DNA from: Octopus vulgaris | Lineage: Eukaryota | Direction of reading: 5' to 3' | Assembly: GCA_951406725.2 (NCBI GenBank) | Contig: OX597839.1 | Location: 21,514,001-21,578,000, forward strand | Length of the DNA stretch: 64,000 nt | In this document: piece by piece, positions 26,756-39,593 of the stretch | Layout of the letters: each line of letters starts with the position of its first letter | Numbering within the stretch: position 1 is the stretch's first letter | Translations under genes and position numbers: made by a program | The notes under the pieces: model-generated | Told to the model about the DNA's origin: nothing | The model's database searches: none | Seen by the model: only the letters and a program-made list of their open reading frames with translations

Positions 26756-26966
26756 AGTTCTTTATTGCCCACAAGGGGCCAAACACAGAGGGGACAAACA
26801 AAGACAGACAAAGGGATTAAATCGATTACATCGACCCCAGTGCATTACTGGTACTTAATTTATCGACCCCGAAAGGATGAAAGGCAAAGTCGACCTCGGC
26901 AGAATTTGAACTCACAACGTAACGGCAGACGAAATACCGCTAAGCATTTCGCCCGACGTGCTAACG
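26756..26966 (-). mobile_element. SINE family B with 19-bp TSD, inserted into an older SINE
   Basis: gttcaattcccagtgatat at 26737-26755 and 26967-26985. Confidence 0.85.
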
Positions 26967-27688
26967 GTTCAATTCCCAGTGATATGTTGTGTCCTTGAGC
27001 AAGACACTTTGCTGCTCCAGTCCACTCATCTGGCAAAAATAAGTGGTACCTGTAATTCAAAGGGGGCCAGCCTTGTCACATTCTGTGTCACACTGAATCT
27101 CTCTGAGAACTACATTAAGGGTACGTGTGTCTGTGGAGTACTCAGCCACTTGCACGTTAATATCCTGAGCAGGCTGTTCCATTGATCAGCCCAAATAGAA
27201 CCCTCATCATCATAACCAACAGAATGTCAATTACATTACAGGCTAGAAATAGCAGTTAAATCTCTTTCAAATCATATTTTACTCTGGATACTGTTGTCCA
27301 AGATACACTATGCCTTCTGAATAAAAGCCAAGACATTTCAATCCTAGACCATCTACAACCCTAGGCCTGCTGGAACAGGACTGACCTAGGATGAAACAAC
27401 AACAGTATCAATGACAACACTTCTATTACTGGTAAAGATACATCAACAACAATTCTGGCTGGAAGGCCACAACCTTGTGATTGTAGATTAATTCACCTAA
27501 ATTAGTAACATCGTAACTTCTGAGAACTTCTACATAATGACTCAACTTCCAAGAAACAGCAGCCAAAATTCCCTCAAATGACACCTTGGCTGTGTTCAAC
27601 TAGACTGAGCCACAACACACACAGGATTCTGAATTTTACTGGATCAGGAAATAACTTTCTTTTATATTTCAACTAAAAACCACAACCC

Positions 27689-27723
<35 letters not shown>

Positions 27724-28253
27724 GTTTAGCGTCCGTTTTCCATGCTAGCATGGGTTGGACGGTTCTACTGGGGTCTGTAAAGCCAGAAGGCTTCATCAGG
27801 CCCAGTCAAATCTGGCAGTGTTTCTACGGCTGGATGTCCTTCCTAACGCCAATAATTATGTTACTTTATTTATCGACCCCGAGAGGATGAAAGGCAAAGT
27901 TGACCTTGGCGGAATTTGAACTCAGAACGTAACGGCAGACGAAATACGGCTATGCATTTCGCCCGGCGTGCTAACGATTCTGCCAGCTCGCCGCCTCACT
28001 AACACTAATTTCCTTCCACCCACAAATGCACCCTACCCCATCCCGAAATAACAAACACACACACACACACATGTGTTTATATTCTCAACAAGTGACCAAG
28101 CTGAAAACCAATTTTACCCAATCCTTCTTTCTCTGTCTCAGACCAATTCCATTTCAAGATATTCTCACAGACATTCTCTCAGTAAACAAACGTCGACATG
28201 CTCTCAACAAACGTAGAACTGGTAACTAAAGCAGACCAAAACAAAAAACTCAC

Positions 28254-28335
28254 TTTGGAAGACGAATGCTTAACTTGCTCCGCACTTCTGAACTTCGGTC
28301 GTAGTCATTGGAACAGGTCGATGCCCTCTCTTCAT
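28254..28335 (-). CDS. Coding exon preceding the PH domain
   Basis: Acceptor ccttttcgttgtgtttccAG, donor CCAAA|gtgagt; 82 nt, phase 1-2; (D)EERASTCSNDYDRSSEVRSKLSIRLP. Confidence 0.8.
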
Positions 28336-28757
28336 CTGGAAACACAACGAAAAGGAGAAAAAAAACATAAATATCTTGTCTTGTCTTTTATTTTCAAGAA
28401 TCTAACACAAGTTTGTTTCTGGCCAAAGCAACATTAAAATTAAAAAAACAAAACAAAACAAAAAAGAAAATAGGTTTTTGTTTGTTTAATGCAACATGTT
28501 TGAAGAAAAGATGTCCCCTACAATATATATATATATTGTTTAAAACTCGCCAAGAAAAATTTTGAAAAAAAAATTTTGAAACCACCTGATGAATGACTGC
28601 GACTCAAAAATTTGTAGACAGCAGGCAGGAAACGATCGTAGTGGATATTAATTATATTTTTTAATAATTGTTACATATTTAAATAATATAAATTAATCAT
28701 ATGTATTGGCTTAAGTCTTTCATTGTTTGATTTGCCCAATAGTGGTTTTGTCTCTAA

Positions 28758-28807
<50 letters not shown>

Positions 28808-29237
28808 TGAGACAGACAGACAGACAGACAGATAGGCAGTATTATACATACTTTAATCAGCTTATACACATTTTGAATAGCCCAGCATTTCAAAATGCTG
28901 CAACGCAGAAACCATGAATAGTAGTTGATGCCGTATTTGGTCAACTAAAATTCTCTAGAGACAAATTTAACAGCATCCGTTCCTTAGTTTCAACAAGGAA
29001 AGGATGGCGTTAAACTTGCCTCTCTTTGAAGAATCTTAATATTCCTGATTTCTGAACGACAGAATTTTGAAATGCCAGGCTATTCGAAACAGGTGTAAGC
29101 TGATTAAAGTATACATAATTCTCCTTTCTTTTGTACTTACCTGTTATACAGTGTGTCCTTATACTAATTGTTTGAACTTCTGATTGCCACAGCTCAGGGA
29201 GGAGGGCAGATACCATAGATAATAAGGGGTAATTTAA

Positions 29238-29456
29238 CCCTTTACCGTTCAGATTATTCTATCAAACATAATGCCTATTGATTCCCATTGATTTGAATTA
29301 ATCATGCATTTTCTCATATCTTCAAGATCTTGATGGTGCAATTACTTAATGTAGAATAACATTGTGGGGTAGGTGTGAGAGCCTGGATCTGGTCAGTTTG
29401 AATGTAAAACAGATTAACTATTTTGGCCGGATATGGCCGGTTTAAATACTAAAGGG
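29238..29456. mobile_element. piggyBac-type MITE, same family as 20698-20916; older copies at ~2410-2800
   Basis: TTAA-cccttta ... taaaggg-TTAA; internal sequence nearly identical to the 20698 copy. Confidence 0.8.
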
Positions 29457-30601
29457 TTAAATCTCAGTCATTTCTTGATTCCCCCTCCATACCTGCCCCG
29501 CCTGACCCCTTTTACAACATTTCATTTAATTCCTTTTGCATTTTTTGGGGTTTTTTAATCAAGTCTTCAGAAAAAAAAATAAACACCCCATCATGTGGCA
29601 ATTACGGGTGCAGCAAATTTATGTGGATGAATAAATACGTAGGTAACTATTCATTCACGCACTCACAAATGCAGGCGCTCGCACACACACACACACACGC
29701 ACATACACACGACATACATGGTCTGAGGATAGAGAACGAGTTCTCGTTCCAGGTTCAGTCCCACTGCGTGGCACCTTGGGCAAGTGTCTTTTACTCTAGC
29801 CTCAGGCTGACCAAAGCCTTGTGAATGGATTTGGTAGACGGAAACTGAAAGAAGCCCAGCCCTTGCAATGTTCCCTCAAATGTTGCTCTTGTGGCAAAAT
29901 AATTTCTGCAGCCTTGTGCTGCTGTCAGCAACAACCATCCTCATCACTGTCATTGCCATAGTCCTTATAATCATTATTATCACCTGTCGTCATCGCTGCC
30001 GCCGCCGCCACCACCACCACCACCACCACCACCACCACGTTTCTATATGCAGTCCACCTATCTTCTACCAGCTTCTCTTCAATATACTTGTTACATTGAT
30101 TCCTGAGATCACACACAAAAATAGATAACAACAACAACAAAAAACAACATTGATTTTTTCTTTGTTTTATGCTTTTTTTTTACTGGTTTCCTCCCCTCCC
30201 CCGTCCCCATCCTTTTGTACTGAAACCAATGAAATATAATAGAAACTGATAACAGGATGATACACCCCACCACCACCACCACCACCACCACCACCACACT
30301 GACCTCCTCATCGTTATCATTACCTGGCCCTCCCCACCACCACCACCACCACCACTACTGCTAGTTTATTCATTTGACTACAACTCAAGGTGGTGCCCCA
30401 GCATGGCCACAATCTACTCACTGAAACAAGTAAAGAATAAAAGATGTGTGTGTGTGTGTGTGTGTGTGTGTTTAGGCACAGGCATGGCCGTGTGGTGGGT
30501 AGCTTGCTTCCCAACCACATGGTTCTGGGTTCAGTCCCACTAAGTGGCACCCTAAACCTTGTGAGTGGATTTGGCAGAGAGAAACTGGAAGAAGCCCATC
30601 G

Positions 30602-30631
<30 letters not shown>

Positions 30632-30632
<1 letters not shown>

Positions 30633-31037
30633 CTCTTTACTCTTTTACTTGTTTCAGTCATTTGACTGCGGCCATGCTGGAGCACCGCCTTTAATCGAGC
30701 AACTCGACCCCGAGACTTATTCTTTTGTAAGCCCAGTACTTATTCTATCGGTCTTTTTTTGCCGAACCGCTAAGTGACGGGAACATAAACACACCAGCAT
30801 CGGTTGTCAAGCAATGCAAGGGGGACAGACACAGACACAAACACACACACACATACATATATATATACATATATACGATGGGCTTCCTTCAGTTTCCGTC
30901 TACTAAATCCACTCACAAGGCTTTGGTCGGCCCGAGGCTATAGTAGAAGACACTTGCCCAAGGTGCCACGCAGTGGGACTGAACCCGGAACCATGTGGTT
31001 GGTAAACAAGCTACTTACCACACAGCCACTCCTGCGC
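30632..31037 (-). mobile_element. SINE family A, full length
   Basis: Near-identical to 7057-7487. Confidence 0.85.
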
Positions 31038-31679
31038 ATATATATATATGTATGTATGTATGTATGTATGCATATATTTATGTGTGTCTTTGTATCTGTA
31101 TTGGTCCCCCTATCATAGCTTGACAACCGATGTTGGTGTGTTTACATCCCTGTAACTTAGTGGTTTGGCAAAAGGGACCAATAGAATAATTTTTTTTTAT
31201 ATTCTTAGCAAGCCTAGAATAAATACTAGGCTTACAAAGAATAAGCCCTGGGGTTCATTTCTTTGACTAACCCCCCCCCCCTCAATGGTGCTCCAGCATG
31301 GCCGCAGTCAAATGAGTGAAACAAGGAAAAGAATAAAAGAATACACACACCCCCCCACACACACGCGCGTGCGCACCCCCCACACACACACATGCCTGGC
31401 CCTATTAATTATGTCCTGACTAATTAAAATGTTTGCCACAAGATAATCACTGGTTCTCTGTATCACCAACAGAAACAGTGGTAAGGGAGTGTCTTTACCT
31501 CAGGGCTGAACAAATATCAACAGAGGACTTTGTTCAAAGAGAATGGGAGGGGGGAAAAGGTCAAGTTTTGGTTGTTTATTTTTTTCACCTATGTTTACAA
31601 AGATAAATATTAATCAAAGACACACAGACAGACACATACAGGTAGATACTCACATATACCTTCTAAATTTGCTTACTAT

Positions 31680-31730
<51 letters not shown>

Positions 31731-31860
31731 CACACACATATAAATATATATACACATACACAGGTACACACACAAACAGATATGTACGCACATAGGCATA
31801 CATACACACACACTTGTACATGCACACATACACACACACACAAATTTGCTTACTATTACT

Positions 31861-31891
<31 letters not shown>

Positions 31892-31924
31892 CGCACACAC
31901 ACACATATATATATATGTATATAT

Positions 31925-31967
<43 letters not shown>

Positions 31968-32616
31968 CACAGGTACACACACAAACAGATATGTACGCAC
32001 ATAGGCATACATACACACACACTTGTACATGCACACATACACACACTCACACACACACACAAATACGCACACAAGGGCGCACGCATGCACACACACACAC
32101 ACACACATACATAAAAGCAGAGACACTGAGACGTGAGTGGGGGAAAAGGACTGAATTGAAAGAAGAAATATTTGATGCGAAGGATTGGATGTCAGTTGAG
32201 TTGAGTCACATGTCACCATGGTTTGTTGGGACAGTCACCATGACAACAAGGTGGACTGCTCACTCTCGCTCAATCACTCACTCACCACCACCACCACCAC
32301 CACTGCCACCACCACCACCACAACAACTACCACCACGACCACTGCCACCACCACCACAACCACCACCACCACCACGTGGTGGTAGTTGTTGTGGTGGTGG
32401 TGGTGGTGGTGTGAATTTCTTCTCAGGTATTTACTCAATTCCTGGTTTTGTTGTTGCTATTGTTGTCCCAATAACAGCAGCGGCAGGCGGGGGTGGGGGT
32501 TAGAGAAAAGAGAGAACAACAACAACAACAACATCAAGGACAAAACAACAAACAAACACGACTGAATGTAATCAATAATTAATAATCCTCTTTTCATCAG
32601 AAACATCATCAACAAC

Positions 32617-32672
<56 letters not shown>

Positions 32673-33499
32673 CAATGATATACGATGATGCAATAAAAAC
32701 AACAAAAAAGACAAAAGCACCAAAGACAGAAACTAGTGGCTATAATAGATAAAGGTAGAAATAAGGATGGTGGTGGTGGGGTGTGTTTGCGGTAGTGGCA
32801 TTGGTTGTGGTGGTGGTGGTGGTGGTGGTGGTGAAGGCAGCGAGCTGGCAGAAACGTTAGCACGCCGGGCGAAATGCTTAGCGGTATTTCGTCGGCGTTA
32901 CGTTGTGAGTTCAAATTCCGCCGAGGTCGACTTTGCCTTTCATCCTTTCGGGGTCGATTAATTAAGTACCAGTCACGCACTGGGGTCGATGTAATCGACT
33001 TAATACCTATGTCTGTCCTTGTTTGTCCCCTCTATGTTTAGCCCCTTGTGGGTAATAAAGAAATAGGTTGTGGTGGTGGTGGTTATAGTGATCACAGTAA
33101 TAAACAAATTATAAATGCTAGAATTAATAACAATAAGTCAACATTATTTTAAAATGGCGGTGCCCCAGCATGGCCACAGCTCGTGAGCTGAAACTAGAAT
33201 CAATCAATCAATCATTATTACTATAACAAATATCAGTTGTAATAAATATTAATAATAATTATAATTATAATTATAACAATGGTTTCAAATTTTGCCACAA
33301 GGCCAGCAATTTTGCAAGAGGGGCAGTTGATTACATTGACCCTAGTACTGAACTGGTACTTAATTAATTTACCCTGAATGGATGAAAGGCAAAGTTGAAC
33401 TCGGTGGAATTTGAAGTCAGAACATAGCTACAGGTGAAATACTGTTAAGCATTTTGCCCGGCATGCTAACGATTCAGCTGCCTTAATCATAATAATAAT

Positions 33500-35530
33500 A
33501 CTTCTTTATTTACCACTAAGGGTTCACAAAGAAAAAAACATTGTGGCTGGTAGAGGACAATGCAATGTGGGGGTTACATAAATAAAAGTGTGCAAATTCT
33601 AACATAAATTCTAACAACAGAAAACTCCCTCTTAAGAGGAAGACTTCCTAGGGCTGCTCACGGGAACTTCACAAAACCACAGTTGCCCTGGCCGCAAGCA
33701 CAACTGCTCTCTCCACATGATCTTCCTTCAATCTACAGACACGTACTGAGAGTGAGCCTGTTCACTGGGACCGTTCTTGCTACATTCACTCACCTTTTAA
33801 CAAAATTATTGGGAGGCAGCACTCTACTTCTCTACTTTCACTTTCCTTTTCAAGTGAAACCTGAAGAGGGCTTCACCAAAGAGGAAAGTTTTCAACCCTT
33901 TCAGTCTGGTCCACCACACAACCTCTTTTTCTAATGCCACCTGACAAATAAACACAACCTGTCCTTCCCTGCCAAAGGAAGGTGGTGGGGTGATCTTCAC
34001 AATGGACTCAGCTAATAGCCAAATCTGACCTGTGTGTGACCCCAGGTGTCCAACATAAATCCACAAGTCAGGTACTGGACAAGAGCATGCAGAAGTATCA
34101 TCACTCTGCATGCATTTCAAGGAAGCTGAGCTGAAGGAACTTCCATACCTGTAGAGTTTATCCTGAACCAGCAATGCTTCCTGGAAACACTGACAGGCCA
34201 GGGATTTCTGGAAATTATCCATGGACCCTGACCCAAAAGTCCTCCAGAAGAAACCAACCAGTTGATTTTTGTCAATGCATAGAGTCACCCCAAGAACATC
34301 ATTACACTTTCTGCCAACTGACAGAAGACCATGCCCAAGAGCCCTGCCTTGGACCATGCTTGATCCAAGAATGCAGCTCAGTCAAAGAGACAAGCTAGGG
34401 AAAATCCTGCTAACCATCGAGGAAGTACTGGAGATGCCATAGCCTCAGTGCACATCTGCACATCATCAGCTGCAGCATTCCTAGTCCTCCATTCAGTGGG
34501 TGGTGACACCAAATGGAGTACCTGACCAGTGGAATGTGTACCTTCCACAGAAAGTAAAAGAGTATGCACTCCAGTTTGGTCAGATAGTAACTGGGGCAAG
34601 GCACAACGGTCAGACAGAAGTGATGTATGATTGCCTGACCTTTCAGAGACAGCTTTCTCTTGGCCCACTTCCAAGTGAGAATGGCTACCCTGCTTGTCAC
34701 CTCGTCCCAGTTCTTTTCCACCTGAAGATCTGGACCAAACTAGACCCCAAACAATTTAACCAGGCTCTCCATCCAGCATCCCACAATGCTATAGGGTGGC
34801 ATGGATCTGCCTCTCCAGGTGCCGAGCTGCAGGCCAACTGACTTTTCTTCATTAATTTGCTCTTGTCACTACCTCGTAATCTTTTAGAGCAGTATCAACA
34901 AGGTCCATGTGCCCAGTGCCACCTTCTTTACTCACCCTGTCTAAGTTGTATCACATGAGGAGGAGATTGTTGTGGATGGGTTTGCTTGGGATTTGATTGT
35001 GCACCTCTACTCATTTCCTGAATGACAAGCACAAACTTCTTCATTAATACCTTGGCCAAAATTTTGAAAGCTGCATATGGCAACATTAGGGGCCTAAAAT
35101 TTTCTCTTTGATACCCTTTGTTTGGGTCTTTTCTCAACAGTGTCACCACTCCTCAACTCACAGAACTAAAAATTCTCCTGCTCTGCTGTCAGTTATGGTA
35201 GATGTCTACTAAGGGGTCACTCAACAAGTCTGACATGTAAAAGTGAAGCCCATAGGGGAAACCATCCAAACCACGCCATTTTACTCTCTGTGCAGCCCAT
35301 CATCACATCCCATATTTCTGCAGCTGTTGTCAGCCTTTCACAACATACTGCCCCCATCCCTCACCGAGAGTCATAGGATGTTGTTAAGGTAGGCACTGAA
35401 GTCTGTCCTGCATTCCAGACTGCCAGTCATCCCAAACTGTTGAGCGTAGAGCTGCTGAAATGCTGCACACATCTACTCATCTACTTGGGCTTGAGTACTA
35501 CACACCCATTTTAGTTCATCAAAGACCAAA
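33500..35530 (-). mobile_element. Decayed Tx1/L1-clade LINE ORF2 fragment
   Basis: VTLLRKDPNKG..ENFRPLML...FKILAKVL, WAKRKLSLKG, GGLGM; many frameshifts; may continue to ~36000 beyond the CR1 insertion. Confidence 0.75.
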
Positions 35531-35830
35531 TTTAGTTAGTTAGTTAGTTAGTTAATTTGGCTCAAAAGCAAATAGCAAGGCCTTGTAGGGGGACATGGAG
35601 TTAAGTACAGGGTGGTGTTCATGTAAAGAGTTCAGGCCACTTGAGGTCAAGGGAGGCTTTGAACAAAACGGTCGTCGGCATCTTCACCATCTCGTCTGGC
35701 AGCTTGTTCCACGGATCCGCAACCCGGACGGAGAAAGCTCTTCTCCTTCGATTGAGATGAAATCGTCGCAGGTAGAGCTTTTCGGAATGACCCCTCAGCC
35801 GACGCTCTATTGTGTCTATGTTGCCATATT
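35531..35830 (-). mobile_element. CR1-type LINE 3' end with (CTAA)n tail, inserted into the Tx1-like LINE
   Basis: RLRGHSEKLYLRRFHLNRRRRAFSVRVADPWNKLP...FKASLD; tail repeat at 35531-35554. Confidence 0.85.
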
Positions 35831-36058
35831 GCACCTCTGCCACTCGAGCCCATCATGTGGCTTTTTCCCCCCCTCATTTCTTGGTGTATGTGTCTTAGAT
35901 CTGACAATGCATTCTTTGTGCTTAACACTGATGAATTGGTCTAGGGGCCATCTCGCCCCCTTTGTTGTGACGCCTTGCCTAAGAATCTCTTCTAAGTTCC
36001 TAAATTCCCTCTTCCATTATTTCTTTACTAAGCCAAACAGATTCTGCTCTTCTCTGTC

Positions 36059-36332
36059 CTGAAAACATCAGGTGGGTGGGTGATGAGTGGAGGTAGAGTG
36101 AGAATGATGAGAACAGAGTGAGGGTGGAGTGGAGTGTGACTAAACTAATACTGACAATCTACTCCCATGCTCCCTGTCACTCATCTTCATCGACATCACT
36201 GAAAACATCAGGTGGGTGGGTGATGAGTGGAGGTAGAGTAAGAATGAGGAGAACAGAGTGAGGGTGGAGTGGAGTGTGACTAAACTAATACTGACAATCT
36301 ACTCCCATGCTCCCTGTCACTCGTCTTCATCC
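36059..36332. repeat. ~141-bp tandem duplication
   Basis: ctgaaaacatcaggtgggtgggtgatgag... at 36059 and 36199. Confidence 0.9.
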
Positions 36333-36836
36333 TCATAATTGGTAGAGGTATGATGAGAGTGAGAGTGTGAGGGAAAGTGGAGTGTAACAACTACACTATA
36401 ACTGTGTGCCTCACTCACTCTTTTTGTTATTGTCATCATGAAAAATAACAAATGGAAGAATGAGAGAGAGTGGGGGGGAATAATTTGAGTGGGAGTTGAA
36501 TGGAGTATGACGAAACGTGTATGCTATGACTCTCACCTCTACCCCCACCCCCGTATCATCATCACCATCGTCCAAAATAACAGGGGAAAAGAGAGAGAGA
36601 GAGAGTGTGTGTGTATGTGTGTATGTGTGCATGTGCATGTGCACATGTATGAGTTTGCATATGTGTGGGTGTGCATGTGTGTGTAGAGGGAAGGAGCCCC
36701 AACAGTGGTGCCTACAGTGAAGGGTTGTTACTAAACTCTATCTACTTTCACTTTCCTGCCTTCCTTATTTTCGTAAGGACATCGGTCATCTCTCGTTGGT
36801 AAGCAGAAAGTTGTGTAACGCTCATAATCCACTTAC

Positions 36837-36854
36837 GGTGCAGGTATTCGGGGC
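36837..36854 (-). CDS. Candidate 18-nt frame-preserving microexon (GPEYLH)
   Basis: Acceptor tcttgtttactttccAG, donor CACC|gtaagt; phase 1-1 fits between exons 38046 and 28335. Confidence 0.4.
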
Positions 36855-37497
36855 CTGGAAAGTAAACAAGACCATAAACAACAACATCAACTGGTGGTCC
36901 TAAAACAGGGCCACACTGTTAATCCTTTCAATAACAACCCATCTGAAATGGCCCCTGCTTCTATGATGCAAACTGCTTGTTTTAAAATAATCTCAAGCAA
37001 AACTTTCATTTCGGATTTCAGACTAATTTATGTTCAAAACACTTGATTCGCAAAGAAAAAGTTATTCCTACAAACTTGTCTTTTCTTTTATCTTTTAGTT
37101 ATTTCAGTCATTAGTCCACGGTCATACTGGAGCACTGCCTTGAAGACTTTTTAGTGGAATGAATTCATCTTAGCACTTGCACCTTGGGCAAGTATCTTCA
37201 TCTATAGCCTCAGACCAACCAAAGCCTTGTCAATGGAGTGGGTAGATGGAAACTGAAAGAAGTCCATCATATACATTCATAACTATGTATGTATGTATGG
37301 ATGTATCTATCTATCTACCTGTCTGTCTGTTTGTCCATCTGTATGTATGTGTGTGTGTGTGTCTGTGTTTTTCCCCTGCCACCATTTGACAACCGGTGTT
37401 GGTGTGTTTATATCCATGTAACTTAGCAGTTCAGCAAAAGAGACTGATAACATAAGTACCAGGCTTAAAAAAAAAAAGACAAAACGTAAACACCTAC

Positions 37498-37910
37498 AGG
37501 CGCAGGAGTGGCTGTGTGGTAAGTAGCTTGCTAACCAACCACATGGTTCCGGGTTCAGTCCCACTGCGTGGCACCTTGGGCAAGTGTCTTCTGCTATAGC
37601 CTCAGGCCGACCAATGCCTTGTGAGTGGATTTGGTAGACAGAAACTGAAAGAAACCTGTCGTATATATGTATATATATGTATGTGTGTATGTTTGTGTGT
37701 CTATGTTTGTCCCCCAAGCATTGCTTGACAACCGATGCTGGTGTGTTTATGTCCCCGTTACTTAGCGGTTTGGCAAAAGAGACCGATAGAATAAGTACTG
37801 GGCTTACAAAGAATAAGTCCCGGGGTCGATTTGCTCGACTAAAGGCGGTGCTCCAGCATGGCCGCAGTCAAATGACTGAAACAAGTAAAAGAGAAAGAGT
37901 AAGAGAGTAA
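37498..37910 (+). mobile_element. SINE family A, full length, nested in an older family-A-related copy
   Basis: aggcgcaggagtggc...aaacaagtaaaagag; the older copy resumes at 37907-38000. Confidence 0.85.
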
Positions 37911-38045
37911 GTCCTGGGGTCAATTCGTTTGACCAAAGAAAATGTCTTCAAGTCAGTGCCCCAGCATGGCCGCAGTCTAAAGAATGAAACAAGTAAAAAG
38001 ACTAAAAGAACAAAAGAAAACAAACAAACAAAAGCTGTTCCTCAC

Positions 38046-38392
38046 CAGAGTTGTCGTCCGTGTGTTCTGATTTCTCCGACATCATGGCATATATTTCCCT
38101 GCGGGTGGCCAACTGGGGCCTCGCAGGCAACTGGGGGGGTAAACTCCACAGCAGACGGTTGCCATTCTTGCGACCACTCTCTAACCTGATTGGTTCCGAT
38201 GTGACGGCCTTTCGTGGTGGCAACGGCGGTCGGTTCGTCGATGGGGAGACAGCAGCTTCTTCTGAGGAAGCATCGTCATGGTTACCGCACTCAATCACTT
38301 CGACAACCGGTTCAACGGCATGGTTGCTCTCTTCCGAAGTCTGGGTGACCGGAATTTCATACAAATCAGAATCTTCATTATCGGAAGTTTCC
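38046..38392 (-). CDS. Coding exon: DLYEIP motif and Pro-rich RPPLPPRK / PPQLPARP motifs
   Basis: Acceptor tttatgtttttaaAG, donor TCTG|gtgagg; 347 nt, phase 2-1; overlaps ORF 38002..38364. Confidence 0.85.
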
Positions 38393-39187
38393 CTTTAAAA
38401 ACATAAATAAATAAATAAATAAAAGATAAAAATGAAAAAAAAAATCTTAAATGGAAGATTTAACTTTGGTTCATGGAATGATATTTTGGCTGTTATTTAA
38501 CCCCAGGTCAACAGACCACGAACCAAAGACAATTCTGGTCTTTAGAAACTCCATATAGACATGGTTGTGTGGTAAGAAGTTTGTTTCCCAATCACATGTT
38601 TCTGGGTTCAGTCCCACTGCATTGCACCTTAAGCAAGGGTCTTCTGCTGTAGCCTTAGGCCAACCAAAGTGAGTGGATTTGGTAAATGAAAACTGAAAAA
38701 AGCCCATCATATGTGTGTGTGTTTGTGTCTATTCCCCACCAACACTTGACAATGGGTGTTGGTGTGTTTACATTCCTGTAACTTAGCAGTTCAGCAAAAG
38801 AGGTCGATAGAATCAGTACCAAGCTTAAAAACAATAAACACTGGGGTCAGTTCATTTGAATAAAAACTCTTGAAGCTGGTGCCCCAGCATGGCCACAGTC
38901 CAATGACCGAAACAAGTAAAAGTAATCAATGCTGTGAGTGTTTCCAAAAATCAGTCATTAACCCCTTTGCCCTCCATGTGCCCCATTTGGGGATCTGCTA
39001 AAAACAGTCTCAGTGCTGGTTGTTCGCTGTATTTAAAGTGAATTGCTTATGGACATAGTTGCATTTGCAGAGTTTTACAATATTTAGTCGTTAAAGTTTG
39101 TCATTATTAGCTCTGGCTAATTCTAGAGGACATTTTATGTCATAAATTGCAATTTTTGAACTACAAAAATATTCACTGTTTTGGAAA

Positions 39188-39593
39188 CTCTCTCTTTTAC
39201 TTTTTTTCTCTTTTACTTGTTTCAGTCATTTGACTGCGGCCATGCTGGAGCACCGCCTTTAGTCGAGCAAATCGACCCCGGGACTTATTCTTTGTAAGCG
39301 CAGTACTTATTCTATCGGTCTCTTTTGCCGAACCGCTAAGTAACGGGGACGTAAACACACCAGCATCGGTTGTCAAGCAATGCTAGGGGGACAAACACAG
39401 ATATGCAAACACACACATTATATATATATATATATATATATACGACAGGCTTCTTTCAGTTTCCGTCTACCAAATCCACTCACAAGGCATTGGTCGGCCC
39501 GGGACTACAGCAGAAGACACTTGCCCAAGATGCCACGCAGTGGGACTGAACCCGGAACCATGTGGTTGGTTAGCAAGCTACTTACCACACAGC
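39188..39593 (-). mobile_element. SINE family A, nearly full length
   Basis: Reverse complement of the 37498-37910 family. Confidence 0.85.

Noticed and set aside
32111-32219. Alternative first exon MVTCDSTQLTS...
   Set aside because: The donor comes from a TG microsatellite edge (T|GTATGT), with no other support.
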